From positions 98,997,995 to 99,052,225 of the forward strand of contig NC_068986.1 of the NCBI RefSeq assembly GCF_001194135.2: 54,231 nt of DNA, written 5' to 3'. The stretch is from Octopus bimaculoides. Taxonomy: Eukaryota. This document shows positions 34,640 through 46,945 of the stretch, in pieces. A model generated the notes under the pieces. The model was not told the origin of the DNA, ran no database searches, and worked only from the letters and a program-made list of their open reading frames with translations. Position 1 is the first letter of the stretch; each line of letters opens with the position of its first letter. The position numbers and the translations under genes are program-made.

Positions 34640-36073
34640 ATGGAAGAAACATATTACTATTGTGAATGTTGTTGTGAAATTCTTCCTAACAGTGAAGCAT
34701 TAAATGCTCATGAGCTCATTCATGCAGAAAAAAGACCATACCAATGTGAAGATTGTGGGGAAGCATTTGCACAGAGTAATGAATTGTTATCTCATAAATG
34801 TACTTCTGATGCAGGAGACAAATGTATGCAGTGTGAAATTTGTGGTGAATCATTTTCTCGTGACTGTGATCTTTCAGTTCATAAATGCATTTATACTGAT
34901 GGGAAACTGTTCAGTTGTAACATTTGTAGTAAAATATTTTCTAGGAAGAGTTTATTAAAATCTCATACATATACTCATATGGGCAAAAAACCTTACAAAT
35001 GTGACATTTGTGGGAAGGCTTTTCCAAGAAACAGTGACCTTTCAGTTCATAAATATAGTCATACTGGCAAAAAACCATACCATTGTAGAATTTGTGGAAA
35101 AGCATTCTGTAGAAATGATTCTTTAAAACGTCATAAATACACTCACACTGGTGAGAAACCATACAAATGTGATATTTCTGGGAAAGCATTTTCCAGAAAC
35201 CATGATCTTTCAGTTCATAACTATAGTCATACCAGTGAAAAATCATACCATTGTGATATATGTGGAAGAGCATTTATAATGAATAGTTCATTAAAAGTTC
35301 ACAAATACACTCATACTGGTGAAAAACCATATAAATGTAATATTTGTGGAAAAGCATTTCTTAGAAACAGTGAACTTTCAATTCATAAATATAGTCATAC
35401 TGGCAAAAAACCATACCATTGTAGAATTTGTGGAAAAGCATTTTGTAGAAATGATTCTTTAAAACGTCATAAATACACTCATACTGGTGAGAAACCATAC
35501 AAGTGTGATATTTGTGGAAAAGCATTTTCTAGAAACCATGATTTTTCAGTTCATAACCATAGTCATACCAGTGAAAAATCATACCATTGTGATATATGTG
35601 GAGGAGCATTTACAACGAACAGTTCATTAAAAGTTCATAGGCATATTCATACTGGTGAAAAACCATATAAATGTGATATTTGTGAGAAAGCATTTCTTAG
35701 AAACAGTGAACTTTCAATTCATAAATATAGTCATACTGGTGAAAAACCATTCAAATGTGACATTTGTGGAAAAGCATTTTGTAGAAGTAATTCTTTAAAA
35801 CGCCATAAATTTACTCATACTGGTGAAAAACCGTATAAATGTGACATTTGTGATAAAGTTTTTTCTAGAAACCATGACCTTTCTGTTCACATATACAGTC
35901 ACACTGAGGAAAGGCCTTATAAGTGTGACATTTGTGGAAAAGAATTTTCTAGAAACTGTGACCTTTCTGTTCATAAATATAGTCACACTGGTGAAAAACC
36001 GTACAAATGTGATATTTGTGAGAAAGCATATTCTAGAAATATTTCATTAAGAAGACATAAGAAGATTCACTGA
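34640..36073 (+). CDS. C2H2 zinc-finger protein, 17 finger positions, 14 canonical (ZNF gene 4)
   Basis: Open ORF (track start GTG 34637; ATG 34640). F2 and F3 are C2HC-like or degenerate, F7 has Cys>Ser; 336-bp internal repeat; candidate acceptor AG at 34225-34226. Confidence 0.93.
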   Translation: MEETYYYCECCCEILPNSEALNAHELIHAEKRPYQCEDCGEAFAQSNELLSHKCTSDAGDKCMQCEICGESFSRDCDLSVHKCIYTDGKLFSCNICSKIFSRKSLLKSHTYTHMGKKPYKCDICGKAFPRNSDLSVHKYSHTGKKPYHCRICGKAFCRNDSLKRHKYTHTGEKPYKCDISGKAFSRNHDLSVHNYSHTSEKSYHCDICGRAFIMNSSLKVHKYTHTGEKPYKCNICGKAFLRNSELSIHKYSHTGKKPYHCRICGKAFCRNDSLKRHKYTHTGEKPYKCDICGKAFSRNHDFSVHNHSHTSEKSYHCDICGGAFTTNSSLKVHRHIHTGEKPYKCDICEKAFLRNSELSIHKYSHTGEKPFKCDICGKAFCRSNSLKRHKFTHTGEKPYKCDICDKVFSRNHDLSVHIYSHTEERPYKCDICGKEFSRNCDLSVHKYSHTGEKPYKCDICEKAYSRNISLRRHKKIH

Positions 36074-37789
36074 GGGAAAACAACCAAATCTGAGCAGCAA
36101 TTTCATTGACATATGTTTGATTTTTATTAAATAAACTTTCTTACATGCCAACCAATAAATTACAGGTATTTGTCCATTTTGTAGCTTCATTTAAAAAAAA
36201 AAGCCCTTTTATGTATTCTGATAAGCCTTCAGATTTTTGCCAAATAACATCTAACAACAATTATGTGTCTGAGAAACCAGTTGTACTACTACACAACTGC
36301 CACACTTGAATCTATTCTCCCATTGTTAGTTGAAGTAATCCTTCTTCTTCTAGATATTCCTATTGTACAGTAAACATTTACTTTTTTCTGTATGAATTCA
36401 AAGATTATAGTTTATATTTTCAGATGAGAATGCAATAAAGATGTTAGAAATATTATGATAAGCAACAGCATAAGTCAACTCCAAAATTAGACATTTAGTC
36501 ACTCTATTGTGGTCACTAGTTTTTAAAACTTAATCAAAAGAATCTTGATCTTCAGATCAGCAAACACTATTATTATACCTAGCTTAAGACCCTTCTGACA
36601 AAGTAGTCCATGTAGCATTAACTTCTCATCAAAGGGCTCTATTGTGGTATTTAACAGACCTCACCCTGACCCACATTCTGTAAACTTTGTTGTGTGACTC
36701 AAGATTCAGCTTAAATTTCCAGTACACTATTTTTTGTGAATTAATAATCTCAGTGTTATTTTTGACAACATACATTCCAATACAACCAATATTTATCTTT
36801 ACACCATGATAACTTTTAGGATACTGGTATCCAACCCATGAAAGCATGGAAAAGAGGATGTTAGAATGATAATGGTGATGGTTGTGTCTTCCATCTAAAG
36901 CCTAGATACTTTACGCTGGATATATTCTACTTCTATAAACTGATACTTTGAAAATATCTTCAAATGAGGACTTGACAACTTATTTACATTTTTATTTTGA
37001 TGCTTTGCATTCTGAGTGCAAATCCTGTTGTGGCCTGCTAAAGTAGTAGATTTAACCTGTTGCCTGGTTTAACAGGTACCTTGGATGCCATTAGTGGAAT
37101 TCACTCTGCTGCAAGCATTCGGTGCAGGTCACTGGTTTAAGGATACCTTATCCCCTCCTACCAGTCTTGAAGGCCGTGTAAAGAGCTTTCTCTCTTGAAT
37201 AAAAGATGAAAAAAAAAAAAATCTTATTCATTTCCATGAACTACATTTGCAATATAATATTACATGTAACTGATCGGAAACAACTCACAACTCAAACTTT
37301 CAGTATCTTTAAATACTAGGCAGTACAATCTCTCATAATTCTAGCATTGTCCACATATCTCAATTATTGTTAACATACTTCTGAAAGGTTTTCATTTCAG
37401 AGCTAAATGTTCTATAACATTGAATGACTATTAACCCTCTGTAACTACAAGTGTTACCCATGCTTATAAATTCATGGCACTTAGATATTTGGTCAAAGAC
37501 CTAGTCTCAGAAATTAATTTTTCTTTTTCTATACCATGTCTCTGTGTAGCTGAGGGCCAAAAATCAATGGTATTACATATATTAGCAACCAAAACACTCA
37601 CATATATATTTAATTCCATTTTTCTTAAGTAATTTTGTTGTGTATGGCATAAAGGGTTTCCCACTCAACTTTTTTCTGTGTGTTAGATATTTTGATGCCA
37701 TCTGGTTGAATACTATTACTTGGTCCACTTGTAGTGGAGTTCACTCTATTGCTAGTACTCAAACCAGGCTCTGTTTGCCAATAGCTAAA

Positions 37790-38122
37790 GCGTAATTGTT
37801 ACCAGCGTCGCCTTCCAGCACTTGTGCTGGTGGCACGTTTGAAAATCATTCGAGCGAGGTCGTTGCCAGTGCTGCTGGACTGGCTCCCATGCAGGTGGCA
37901 CATAAAAAAACACCTTTTGAACGAGGCCGTTGCCAGTACTGTGTGACTGGCCCTTGACTACACTCTCGGAGTGGTTGGCGTTAGGAAGGGCATTCAGCTG
38001 TGGAAACTCTGCCAGATCAGATTGGAGCCTGGTGTAGCCTTCTGGCTTGCCAGTCCTCAGTCAAATCGTCCAACCCATGCTAGCATAAAAAGCGGACGTT
38101 AAACGATGATGATGATGATGAT
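37790..38122 (+). mobile_element. RTE LINE 3' UTR fragment
   Basis: Colinear with 32338-32713 and 48421-48755; (GAT)n tail. Confidence 0.88.
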
Positions 38123-38597
38123 ACCCACTGGACTATTCTCCCTCTTTTCACTAACATTTGTAAACTCCAAATCAGCCTAGTCCCTATATATCACCTGTTT
38201 ACTAATGCACTTCTCCATGAGACACAAATCTTTCAGCCTCTGTACAGGTTATACTTTTACAATTGTTCAAAATTTTCAGAAGAGTTTCATTGTCATTGAA
38301 TGCTTGTACACTTCTTGCCTTGATGAAGAGTGAAAAAAAAATCACATTTTTTGGCAGCCAAAATGTTTAATTTCTTGGAAGAGATTCTGCTGAAACCTGA
38401 AATATTGTCAATTGTAATGAATGACAAACACACCTAATTAAGAAAGGAATATGCCTTCAAATTTTCAGAAACACCATAATTAACTCTACTAGTATTATTT
38501 TTTCAATAGTAATCAAGTTTTTTTTTTTTTTTTTTAGTTTCAAAGTACTTATAACCACTTGCATCACGAGTGTCTTGACTCAGCTAAAAAAAAATAT

Positions 38598-38980
38598 TGG
38601 AGGCGCAATGGCCCAGTGGTTAGGGCAGCGGACTCGCAGTCATAGGATCGCGGTTTCGATTCCCAGACCGGGCGTTGTAAGTGTTTATTGAGCGAAAACA
38701 CCTAAAGCTCCACGAGGTTTCGGCAGGGGTTGGTGGCGAACCCTGCTGTACTCTTCCACCACAACTTTCTCTCACTCTTACTTCCTGTTTTTGTTGTGCC
38801 TGTAATTCAAAGGGTCAGCCTTGTCACACTGTGTCACGCTGAATATCCCCGAGAACTACGTTAAGTGTACACGTGTCTGTGGAGTGCTCAGCCACTTGCA
38901 CGTTAATTTCACGAGCAGGCTGTTCCGTTGATCGGATCAACTGGAACCCTCGACGTCGTAAGCGACGGAGTGCCAACAAC
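38598..38980 (+). mobile_element. SINE family A, full length
   Basis: Near-consensus head, body and CCAACAAC tail. Confidence 0.93.
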
Positions 38981-39229
38981 TGTAATAATAGCAATTACTT
39001 GAAGGGTTTTTAGTTTGACATATTGGTTTCATCTAGTAATGAGCTATTTTGCCATTTCTAGTATCACTAATTAGATCTTCAAACTTTCAATTAAGAATAT
39101 CCTTTGTAATAAGCAAGGCATCTACTTTCGGTAACATTTTAAAAACGATCTCAGAGATCACTAGTTTTCACCTGCTGCACCCAGTTTTATTGTGAATTCC
39201 AACGAAATACAGACCAGCAGATAATCAAT

Positions 39230-39337
39230 GAAAGGCATACACTTACGACACTGGTTCGATTTTTGTCAGATTCAGCGACTTGTATTGACTGGTGTGCCCG
39301 CCGTGGATTGTTGATTGATTCTCACATGTGCCCAGAG
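39230..39337 (+). pseudogene. Possible Merlin/ISXO2-like transposase N-terminal fragment
   Basis: Frame reads ERHTLTTLVRFLSDSATCIDWCARRGLLIDSHMCPE, resembling the recalled 'IxWCxxxGLL...CP' start of Merlin transposases. Pattern recognition only. Confidence 0.4.
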
Positions 39338-39597
39338 CGAAACTCTCTTCAAAATAAGTCTAACTCTTTCCCTCACTTTTTACTCGCTGTTTCCAGTGTG
39401 TACCACTCATAACAATGAAATGTTTTATTGAAATAAACTTTTTGGATTATTATGATTTTACGAACGTCAAATAGGAAATTACCATGTGCATGTGCTTTAT
39501 GAATGGTACTGAGTTTGGTGGTTGGTCGTATTTGAGGAGACAGTGAATTTAGTAGGTGTTACCAAAAGTTATTTTGAAAGTACTTCCTACATAAGGG

Positions 39598-39950
39598 GTG
39601 GAGGCGCAATGGCCCAGTGGTTAGGGCAGCGGACTCGCGGCTTCGATTCCCAGACCGAGCGTTGTGAGTGTTTATTGAGCGAAAGCACTTAAAGCTCCAC
39701 GAGGCTCCGGCAGGGGATGGTGGCGAATCCTGCAGTACTCTTTCACCACAACTTTCTCTTACTTCCTGTTTATGTTGTGCCTGTAATTTAAAGGGTCAGC
39801 CTTGTCACGCTGAATATCCCCGAGAACTACGTTAAGGGTACACGTATCTGTGGAGTGCTCAGCCATTTGCACGTTAATTTCACGAGCAGGTTGTTCCGTT
39901 GGTCGAAACAACTGGAACCCTCGACGTCGTAAGCGATGGAGTGCCAACAA
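39598..39950 (+). mobile_element. SINE family A with TSD
   Basis: TSD CTACATAAGGG(G) at 39587 and 39951. Confidence 0.93.
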
Positions 39951-40038
39951 CTACATAAGGGGAAAAAATACCGTAAAGTAGGCTGAGAATCTAAAGTGTC
40001 GTGCTTAAGAGTGCAACAATTCTAATATAAAAACATTT

Positions 40039-40246
40039 AAGGCGGCGAGCTAGCAGAATCGTTAACCCGCCGGACAAAATGCTTAGCGACATTTTGTTTG
40101 TCTTTATACTCTGAGCTCAATTCCGCCGCGGTCTTTGCCTTCCCTCCATCCCGGGTCGGTAAAATAAGTACCAGCTGGGTACTGAGGTCGATGGAATCGA
40201 CTTATATCCTACAGCCAAATTGTAGGCCTTGTGCCAAAATATGAAA
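40039..40246 (+). mobile_element. SINE family C, near full length
   Basis: GGCGGCGAGCTAGCAGAATCGTT head; GGCCTTGTGCCAAAATATGAA tail. Confidence 0.85.
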
Positions 40247-40260
40247 TTAGAAATACATGT

Positions 40261-40425
40261 CCCTTAAATGAAGGGAGGTCACTCTTCATTTATATTGTCC
40301 CAGATGCTAACGAAAGCGGCGCCACCTCTGCAATGTACATACATATTACTAAGGTGTGGTGGTTTGTGTGTGTTAACTATATACATTGCTGAAGAAGGAA
40401 GAAGACTGCTCTGGTAAGGTAAATT
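40261..40425 (+). promoter_or_regulatory. Module P3: promoter boxes and shortened exon 1 of gene 5
   Basis: AAGGGAGGTCACTCTTCAT 40271-40289; ACGAAAGCGGCGCCAC 40310-40325; CTCTGGTAAG|GTAAAT with GT at 40419-40420. Confidence 0.7.
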
Positions 40426-42173
40426 TTGTGTGATATTCATGTAGGCTGTTGTTAGAAGCGTTAGATTACAAAATTATTTAAGTCTTGTTAAATTTAGAAT
40501 AAATCCAGATTTGGATATTGTAGATTTGCTTTTTATATTTCTCTTTCTCATTTAATGCTCTATCATTCATTTAATACTCTTTGCGTTCATCTATTTAAGA
40601 TGCGAGTAAAAAAGTTACAGAATTTCTTAAGGAAAATTTAACAGCGAATAAAGCTCAAAGTAGCTATTCTTCGTGTCATATATATACTCTTTAAAACCAC
40701 TTAGATCAATGATCAAAATATATAAATAAATAATTTGAACAAAATATATTCTTGGACACTAACCGGATGACTTTGGTGATGCTGTCATATCTCGATCATT
40801 GATGTAAGCGTTTTAAGCTGGTGTGACATGTTTGTGAAGGGCGTAATTTTCATCTTCTGTTGCATTACTGTGTAAAGAAATACTTTCGGCGGATATAAAA
40901 ATGTTGTAAAAAGTAAAACCGTTTAATGAAGTTTGAAGCTAAACTACCGACTAAGCTTAGTCTATTAGTTAACTTTATTAGCGACGCACCTAACAGACTT
41001 GCTAATTGATTGTTAATATAAGAATTATTGCATTCTCCACATCCTTTCTCTTGTTATGTACCATGCTTACAGACGTCGGACCTTAATACCAAAGCCTGAA
41101 GATTTATAATTTTTCTTGGGAAAGATACAGCAATGATTTATTGTTGCCTTTTACCATTTATTTACAGTTTACACGGTTAGTCTCTGCTCTCCCTTGCTTG
41201 ACCCCTTAGGGGAAAGTATTTATCCACGTGATATCAGGACGCATCCACAAAACGGTTGGCTTGTGTGAAACATCTAAGAGTTTACTCTGTTCCGAATACT
41301 TTATATTTAAGCCACAAAACCATCTGTTATTTTACTCGCAATTAAGGCTTTTAACATGTACAACCGTCTTAGGTCTGAGAAGACCTGACGTTAGTGGTGA
41401 CCAAAGAAAAACTCCACACTCACCCTAAATCCTAAACTCGAGTTTCACCACCGGATGCAGCTTAATGTCTTTCCCATAACACTGGCGACATCCATATTTC
41501 CTTTTTGTGTTGTATGTAGAGATATATCGAATATAGTATAGATTAATACACTCTTCGCCTGTCAATTCAATTTTACTTTCCCTCTTATACTCTCCCTACA
41601 AGATATAAAACTTAAACTTAATAAAATTGGTATTTTTTTTTTTGGTTTGTGATCACAAATTGAAAGTGGAAACATTAACGCTTTTCGGCCGAACATTTCG
41701 AAATGGCACATCGCTCCTTTTTCCTCAAAATATTTCTTCAGATTCCTATAGTTTTAACAACAGAGGTAGTATTTTGTCAAAAGGAATAAAATAAAACAGC
41801 TTTTTAAGTGTTTAATTTCACCCATTCACCTGCCACTTATTTCTAACTTTAAAACTCATCGGGTGACAACTAACTGCTTCCTCTAATCCTTTCTTCTCAT
41901 ATAGAGAACTTTCAGCAAATTGCTATTTAGATCAAAACAGAAATCAGAACTTACTTGTAATGGCTAAACTAGTTTTCATGTCATGTCTTCATTCTCAACT
42001 TAATCACAAGATTGAGTCAAAAGTTTGCAATATTTTGCTTATTTGCTTTATTCATCAAGTTACAACAAAAGCAGCCTAGCTTTCAAAGTAGAGGCCACCT
42101 TGTTGCACCATATGAAGCCTTTTTTTTTTTTTTTTTTTTACCAGTTTTTTTATCCCACAATGATGCCAGTTTT

Positions 42174-42749
42174 GGATCTATTTTAAAACGGGGGCCACAT
42201 TTTTCATTAATGTTTTACGTAGTGTTTTTGGTACCGAAAGACTTTCAAACTTCGTATACTTATTTATTTTGTGTTATAGAACAGGAAAAAATTTTTGTAT
42301 TCGAATTTATTTCATGTAAAAAATGGTCTTATTTCGATAATTTCAACCAATCACTGACAAGTATTCAGTTGTTTATATTTACTCCTTTGGCTGATTAAGC
42401 GATATAAAGCGTATTTAATCTCCATACCTTCGTTTNNNNNNNNNNNNNNNNNNNNNNNNNNNNNNNNNNNNNNNNNNNNNNNCCCTAACCCTAACCCTAG
42501 GGTTAGGGTTAATTGTTTCAGAATCGTTTGTTTATGTAGTCGGCACTTAATGTATATCGGCTGAATGGACGTCAGTGATTGGTTGAAATTACAGAAATAC
42601 GACAACTTTAACATGGAATAAGTTATGGATTTCTTTTTTTTTAAGAAGACTAAGAGAAAAAGATGTTTTATATGACACATTCTACCAGTGTTCCAAGTTT
42701 CAAAGTGTTTCGTTAATGAAAAATGTGGCCCCCGTTTTAAAAAAGATCC
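42174..42749. mobile_element. MITE with 37-bp TIRs and perfect 8-bp TSD (Merlin-like), TTAGGG hexamers inside
   Basis: GGATCTWTTTTAAAACGGGGGCCACATTTTTCATTAA on both ends (1 mismatch); TSD CCAGTTTT at 42166-42173 and 42750-42757; CCCTAACCCTAACCCTAGGGTTAGGGTT at 42483-42510. Confidence 0.88.
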
Positions 42750-43047
42750 CCAGTTTTTGGTCTTTGTGACGAAAAACTCCTTCACTGAAGCTTCCACTTC
42801 CTCTTGGTTATTGAAGCATCATGAGTGTAGGAAGTGAACCATAGATTGGAACAAGTAATAATCTGAGGGAGCTAGGTCTAGACTACAAGCTGAAACGCAC
42901 TAGGATAACCTTCTGTGTTATTATTTTTGTGTGTATGCATGAAGAGAATTACTAGGTGTATTTACATATTTAGAGTTTACACACACAGTTCAGCTGTCAC
43001 ACTAGTAAAATTATCACTGTTAGGGCTTTTGTTGATCACAAATTAAT

Positions 43048-43068
43048 ATTTGTTTTCTTTCATTTCAG
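43048..43068 (+). promoter_or_regulatory. Predicted splice acceptor of the gene 5 coding exon
   Basis: ATTTGTTTTCTTTCATTTCAG|GTTAT. Confidence 0.78.
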
Positions 43069-43498
43069 GTTATCCCATTAAGTTGGAAAATTTTCTACCA
43101 GAAGGATTCAACAGACTTAGTTGAAATAAACTCTGTAACATTCATCAGCATTTTTCTTTTTTTAGATTAAAAATGTGCTAAACATCCTGAGCTGAATAGT
43201 AAGATAACTGTGACCAAATTTTCAATTTAAACTGACACAAAATATTACAAATGAGTCCTCTGAAGTAAACACCAAGAGATTTAGATAGAGAAGATATAGT
43301 TCAGTGTGAAACTTGTTGGAACATTTGTATTTTTATTGAAATTTCTTTTGTGTTTGTAAATGTGTTCATAATTCATCAATATTTTGAAAAATTGCTATAT
43401 TTAACATGATTTAAATACCTGATACACTTTTCTGGTGTGAAGTTTATGTGAAAACAGTTTTTCAAAAGAGTAGTTTGTCTGCATGTGAATGTGTTAAG

Positions 43499-44365
43499 AT
43501 GGAGGAAATATACTACTGTGAATTTTGTAATAAGTTTCTTTCTACCAGTCAAGCATTGAATGCTCATAAGCTCATTCACTCAAGGGAAAGACCTTATCGA
43601 TGTGAGGATTGTGGGGAAGCATTTACTCTGAGTAATGAATTATTATCACATAAATGTGCTTTTCAAGTAGGAGACAAACGTAAGCACTGTGAAATTTGTG
43701 GTAAATCATTTTCTAAAAATTCTAACTTATCATCTCATAAACGTGCAATTCATGCAACAGAAAGACCGTACCACTGTGAAATTTGTGGAAAATTATTTTC
43801 TCTAAAAGGTTGTGTATCAACTCATATACGTACTGTTCATATTGGAGAAAAGCCTTACAAGTGCAATGTTTGTGAAAAAATTTTTTCTAGACAATCATCA
43901 TTAAAATATCATAGCTACCTTCACACAGGAGAAAGGCCCTACCATTGTGAAGTTTGTGGGCACACATTTACTAAAATGACAATCTTAAAAAAACATAAAC
44001 GAGTACACACAGGCGAAAAACCATACACTTGTGAAGTTTGTGGAAAAGCATTTTCTAGAGGATTTAGCTTAAAAAGACATCGAATTCTTCACACTGGATT
44101 AAAACCTTATATTTGTGAAATCTGTGGGACCGCATTTTCTGATTACAGTAACTTAACCAGTCATAAACGTGTTCATACTGGTGAAAGGCCATACCAGTGT
44201 GAAATTTGTGGGAAAGCGTTCTCTAGAAACCGGGATCTTTCAGTTCATGAATATAGTCATACTGGTGAAAAACCATATCATTGTGATATTTGTGGGAAAA
44301 CATTCTATGTTTATAATCACTTAAAAACTCATAAAAATAATGTCCATTTTGGAGAAGTGCACTAA
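43499..44365 (+). CDS. C2H2 zinc-finger protein, 10 finger positions (ZNF gene 5)
   Basis: Track ORF starts at GTG 43448; first in-frame ATG is 43499 (MEEIYYC). N-terminal fingers are paralogous to genes 3 and 4. Confidence 0.88.
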   Translation: MEEIYYCEFCNKFLSTSQALNAHKLIHSRERPYRCEDCGEAFTLSNELLSHKCAFQVGDKRKHCEICGKSFSKNSNLSSHKRAIHATERPYHCEICGKLFSLKGCVSTHIRTVHIGEKPYKCNVCEKIFSRQSSLKYHSYLHTGERPYHCEVCGHTFTKMTILKKHKRVHTGEKPYTCEVCGKAFSRGFSLKRHRILHTGLKPYICEICGTAFSDYSNLTSHKRVHTGERPYQCEICGKAFSRNRDLSVHEYSHTGEKPYHCDICGKTFYVYNHLKTHKNNVHFGEVH

Positions 44366-44719
44366 CACTGAAATTTGGGAAAATATTTCATTGGTTGTAT
44401 TTATTTAAAATGCAGAAGCAAATTCACAGATGAGAAAATGCCTACCATATCATTTTGCACCTATGTCAGCTACCTAGGAATTATTTTTCTAAAAGTTCTA
44501 AAACATCTGTATATAGTTTTCATTTCAACTAGAATTTATAGGAAAGTAACTGTCATGACCAATGGATTTTATTCAGTTCTTCAGATATACTTCCTTCTTA
44601 AGTATGTTGGAGGTATATATCTCACTTACATATTCAATTTGGCATGGTTTCTATGGCTGGATGTCCTTCCTAACAATAGTATGTATATAATGTATAGCAG
44701 TACAGTAGACCCATTATAT

Positions 44720-45419
44720 CTTGACACCAGCTCTGGTAAGGCTACTTTATATCCTGCAAAGCTTAATAGTCCTTACTGCTCTACCACTCTCCAGCTATCT
44801 ATATGGCTATGGTGTGGCCACACTTGGAATTTGAATCACCAGTCTGGAACCCCTATCTTGCTCAGAACATTGACACCCTGGAAACTGTTCAGAGACATGC
44901 AACCAACTGAATACTTTCCATCAGGCATCTACCATACTCTGAACGCCTTGTTTCCCTGGGCATAGATACATTGAAGCTCTGATGTCTGGCAACTGACTTG
45001 GTAGACGCCCACAAGATTATCCACCATCTTTCCAACAACAACCTTGAGCACCTTTTTGAATTCCATGTATCTATCACATGTGGGCATGCCTCCAAAGTCA
45101 GAAAACAGCACAGCTCCTATGACTTTTGCAAACATTTTTTTCACACTCGGAGTTGCTGAAGCATGGAACAAACTACCTTCATTAGTTGTTAGTTGCTAAG
45201 ACATTGCTTCCTTTAAAACCGCCATGCTTCCTGAAATTCGTCAACACTGCACCTGATATCCTCCCTCCATATGTATGCAGACATGTATATCATGATTCAT
45301 ACACTGTTCACTTTCCTGACATTTGTACATAATTCTATGTACTATATATGCACCTTTGATAAGTTGTAGTGCGCCTGAGCACTACACACAGTAATTTCAT
45401 TATTATTATTATTATTATT
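44720..45419 (+). mobile_element. CR1/L2-type LINE 3' fragment
   Basis: Interrupted frame VWPHLEFESPVWNPYLAQNIDTLETVQRHAT...VAEAWNKLP; (ATT)n tail at about 45397-45419. Confidence 0.8.
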
Positions 45420-46349
45420 CAAGGCAGCTTGACTAAGAGGCTGGAAAGAACAGATAGAGCATGAACAAGGGTGAGAGGGCAAAAGAACTGAAAGTATGAT
45501 AGAAGAAACAGAATAATTTGAATAAAAGGTGTTAAAAGAGGGAATGGTAAGAGAGTGCTAAGAATGATAATAAAAGGGGGTTATAATCTGGTAGCTGGGT
45601 CATGTCTTCTTGCTGTACTGTGAGAACAGTTCAACCCATCTTCAAACGTTCAGTCACCAAGGTGAAGACGATGAGGATCTGTCAGTGACCACCCACCTTA
45701 AGTTTATTATAATTCTCCAAGACAAAACTGGCTGTTCATGAGAACTCTAGTATACTGATGGCCTAGTTCTTATATAAATTGTAGATATGGAAACAATGGC
45801 TAAAATCAAATTGACATCAAAGTAAACTAACAAAAAAAAAAATTTTAGAAAGAACGAAAATAAAAATAGGCTTCTTGTTATCATTGTTGAGAAATGATGT
45901 AACTGACGTTTGAAATTTTGTATCTCATTGTTATTAAAGTAGTTTTAAATGCCAACAATTTAATCTTTATAATCTTTTCTGGTTTGTTCTTTTGATATCC
46001 CCCAAAATAACTTTCCCATCCTTCATTTTTCATATCAATGTGTCTGATAACCTGCTTCTATATTTTTCCCTTCCAACCATAAATCTTAGAGACTTACCTA
46101 TAAAGCCCTCTATGGAACATCTAGCATTACATTACGATGTATCAGAGGAAAAGATATCTTTGATTCATAATTTTCTTGAGTCAACTACCTGGGTGCCATT
46201 GTATACAATAAATCCATTCCGAGCTGAAGCAAAGGTAAAAAAATAAAGGTTTGATAGTGAAGCAAAATCTAAAGAATTTAAAAGCTACTTTTGGATTGTG
46301 TTCACAGCTGATAACAGGAGATAAGTTTGACCAATATGCAGTATAACTT

Positions 46350-46945
46350 TGATATAATTGGCCATATTACATCTACCAGGGTACTTCTAGGCCTGTTTCT
46401 TTGCTCTAATGGCCCTGTCTACGTTACCCTAGGTCTGGAAGGGACTTTGCACCAGCCACAGATTTGGTCTGTGGGGCTCAGCAAGCTCTCTTGCAGGAAT
46501 TCCCAGTTGCCTTCTCTGTCACTGAACTGTAGCCCCTCCTCCCTATCATCAAATTTCTTGGTAAGAATATCCCTAAATCTCTGACCATGTAAAGGTTTCT
46601 TAAGCTTCCAAGTCCTTCTTTTCCAGATTGGTCTGCTTTTTGGCATCCTTCTGGCTTCGAGTCTAAAGTCACTAATAACTAGTTTATGCTGGGGGATACA
46701 TTCTTCACCAGAGAGGGTCCTTGTATTTAAGAGCTGTCTGGCGAGAATGAAATCAATCTGGCTAGCAGAGTCACCTGATTGATAGGTTATCAGGTGGCTA
46801 TCTGGCTTCCTGAAGTTGGTGTTGCAGATCAGTAGGTTATTTGCATCACAGAACTCCAGGAACCTAGTTCGCTATTCATTTCTGGTACCAACTCCCTGTA
46901 CACCATGGAAGATATCAGGTTGCTCTCCGACATGCCCTGTATTCT
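46350..46945 (-). mobile_element. RTE LINE fragment: APE endonuclease C-terminus and linker
   Basis: FLEFCDANNLLICNTNFRKPDSHLITYQSG...QIDFIL...PQHKLVISDF, then WKLK...TDQICGWCKVPSRPRVT. Confidence 0.82.

Noticed and set aside
44730-44742. CTCTGGTAAGG, identical to the exon-1 donor motif
   Set aside because: It lies in a CR1-type LINE remnant, lacks the second GT and has no upstream boxes.
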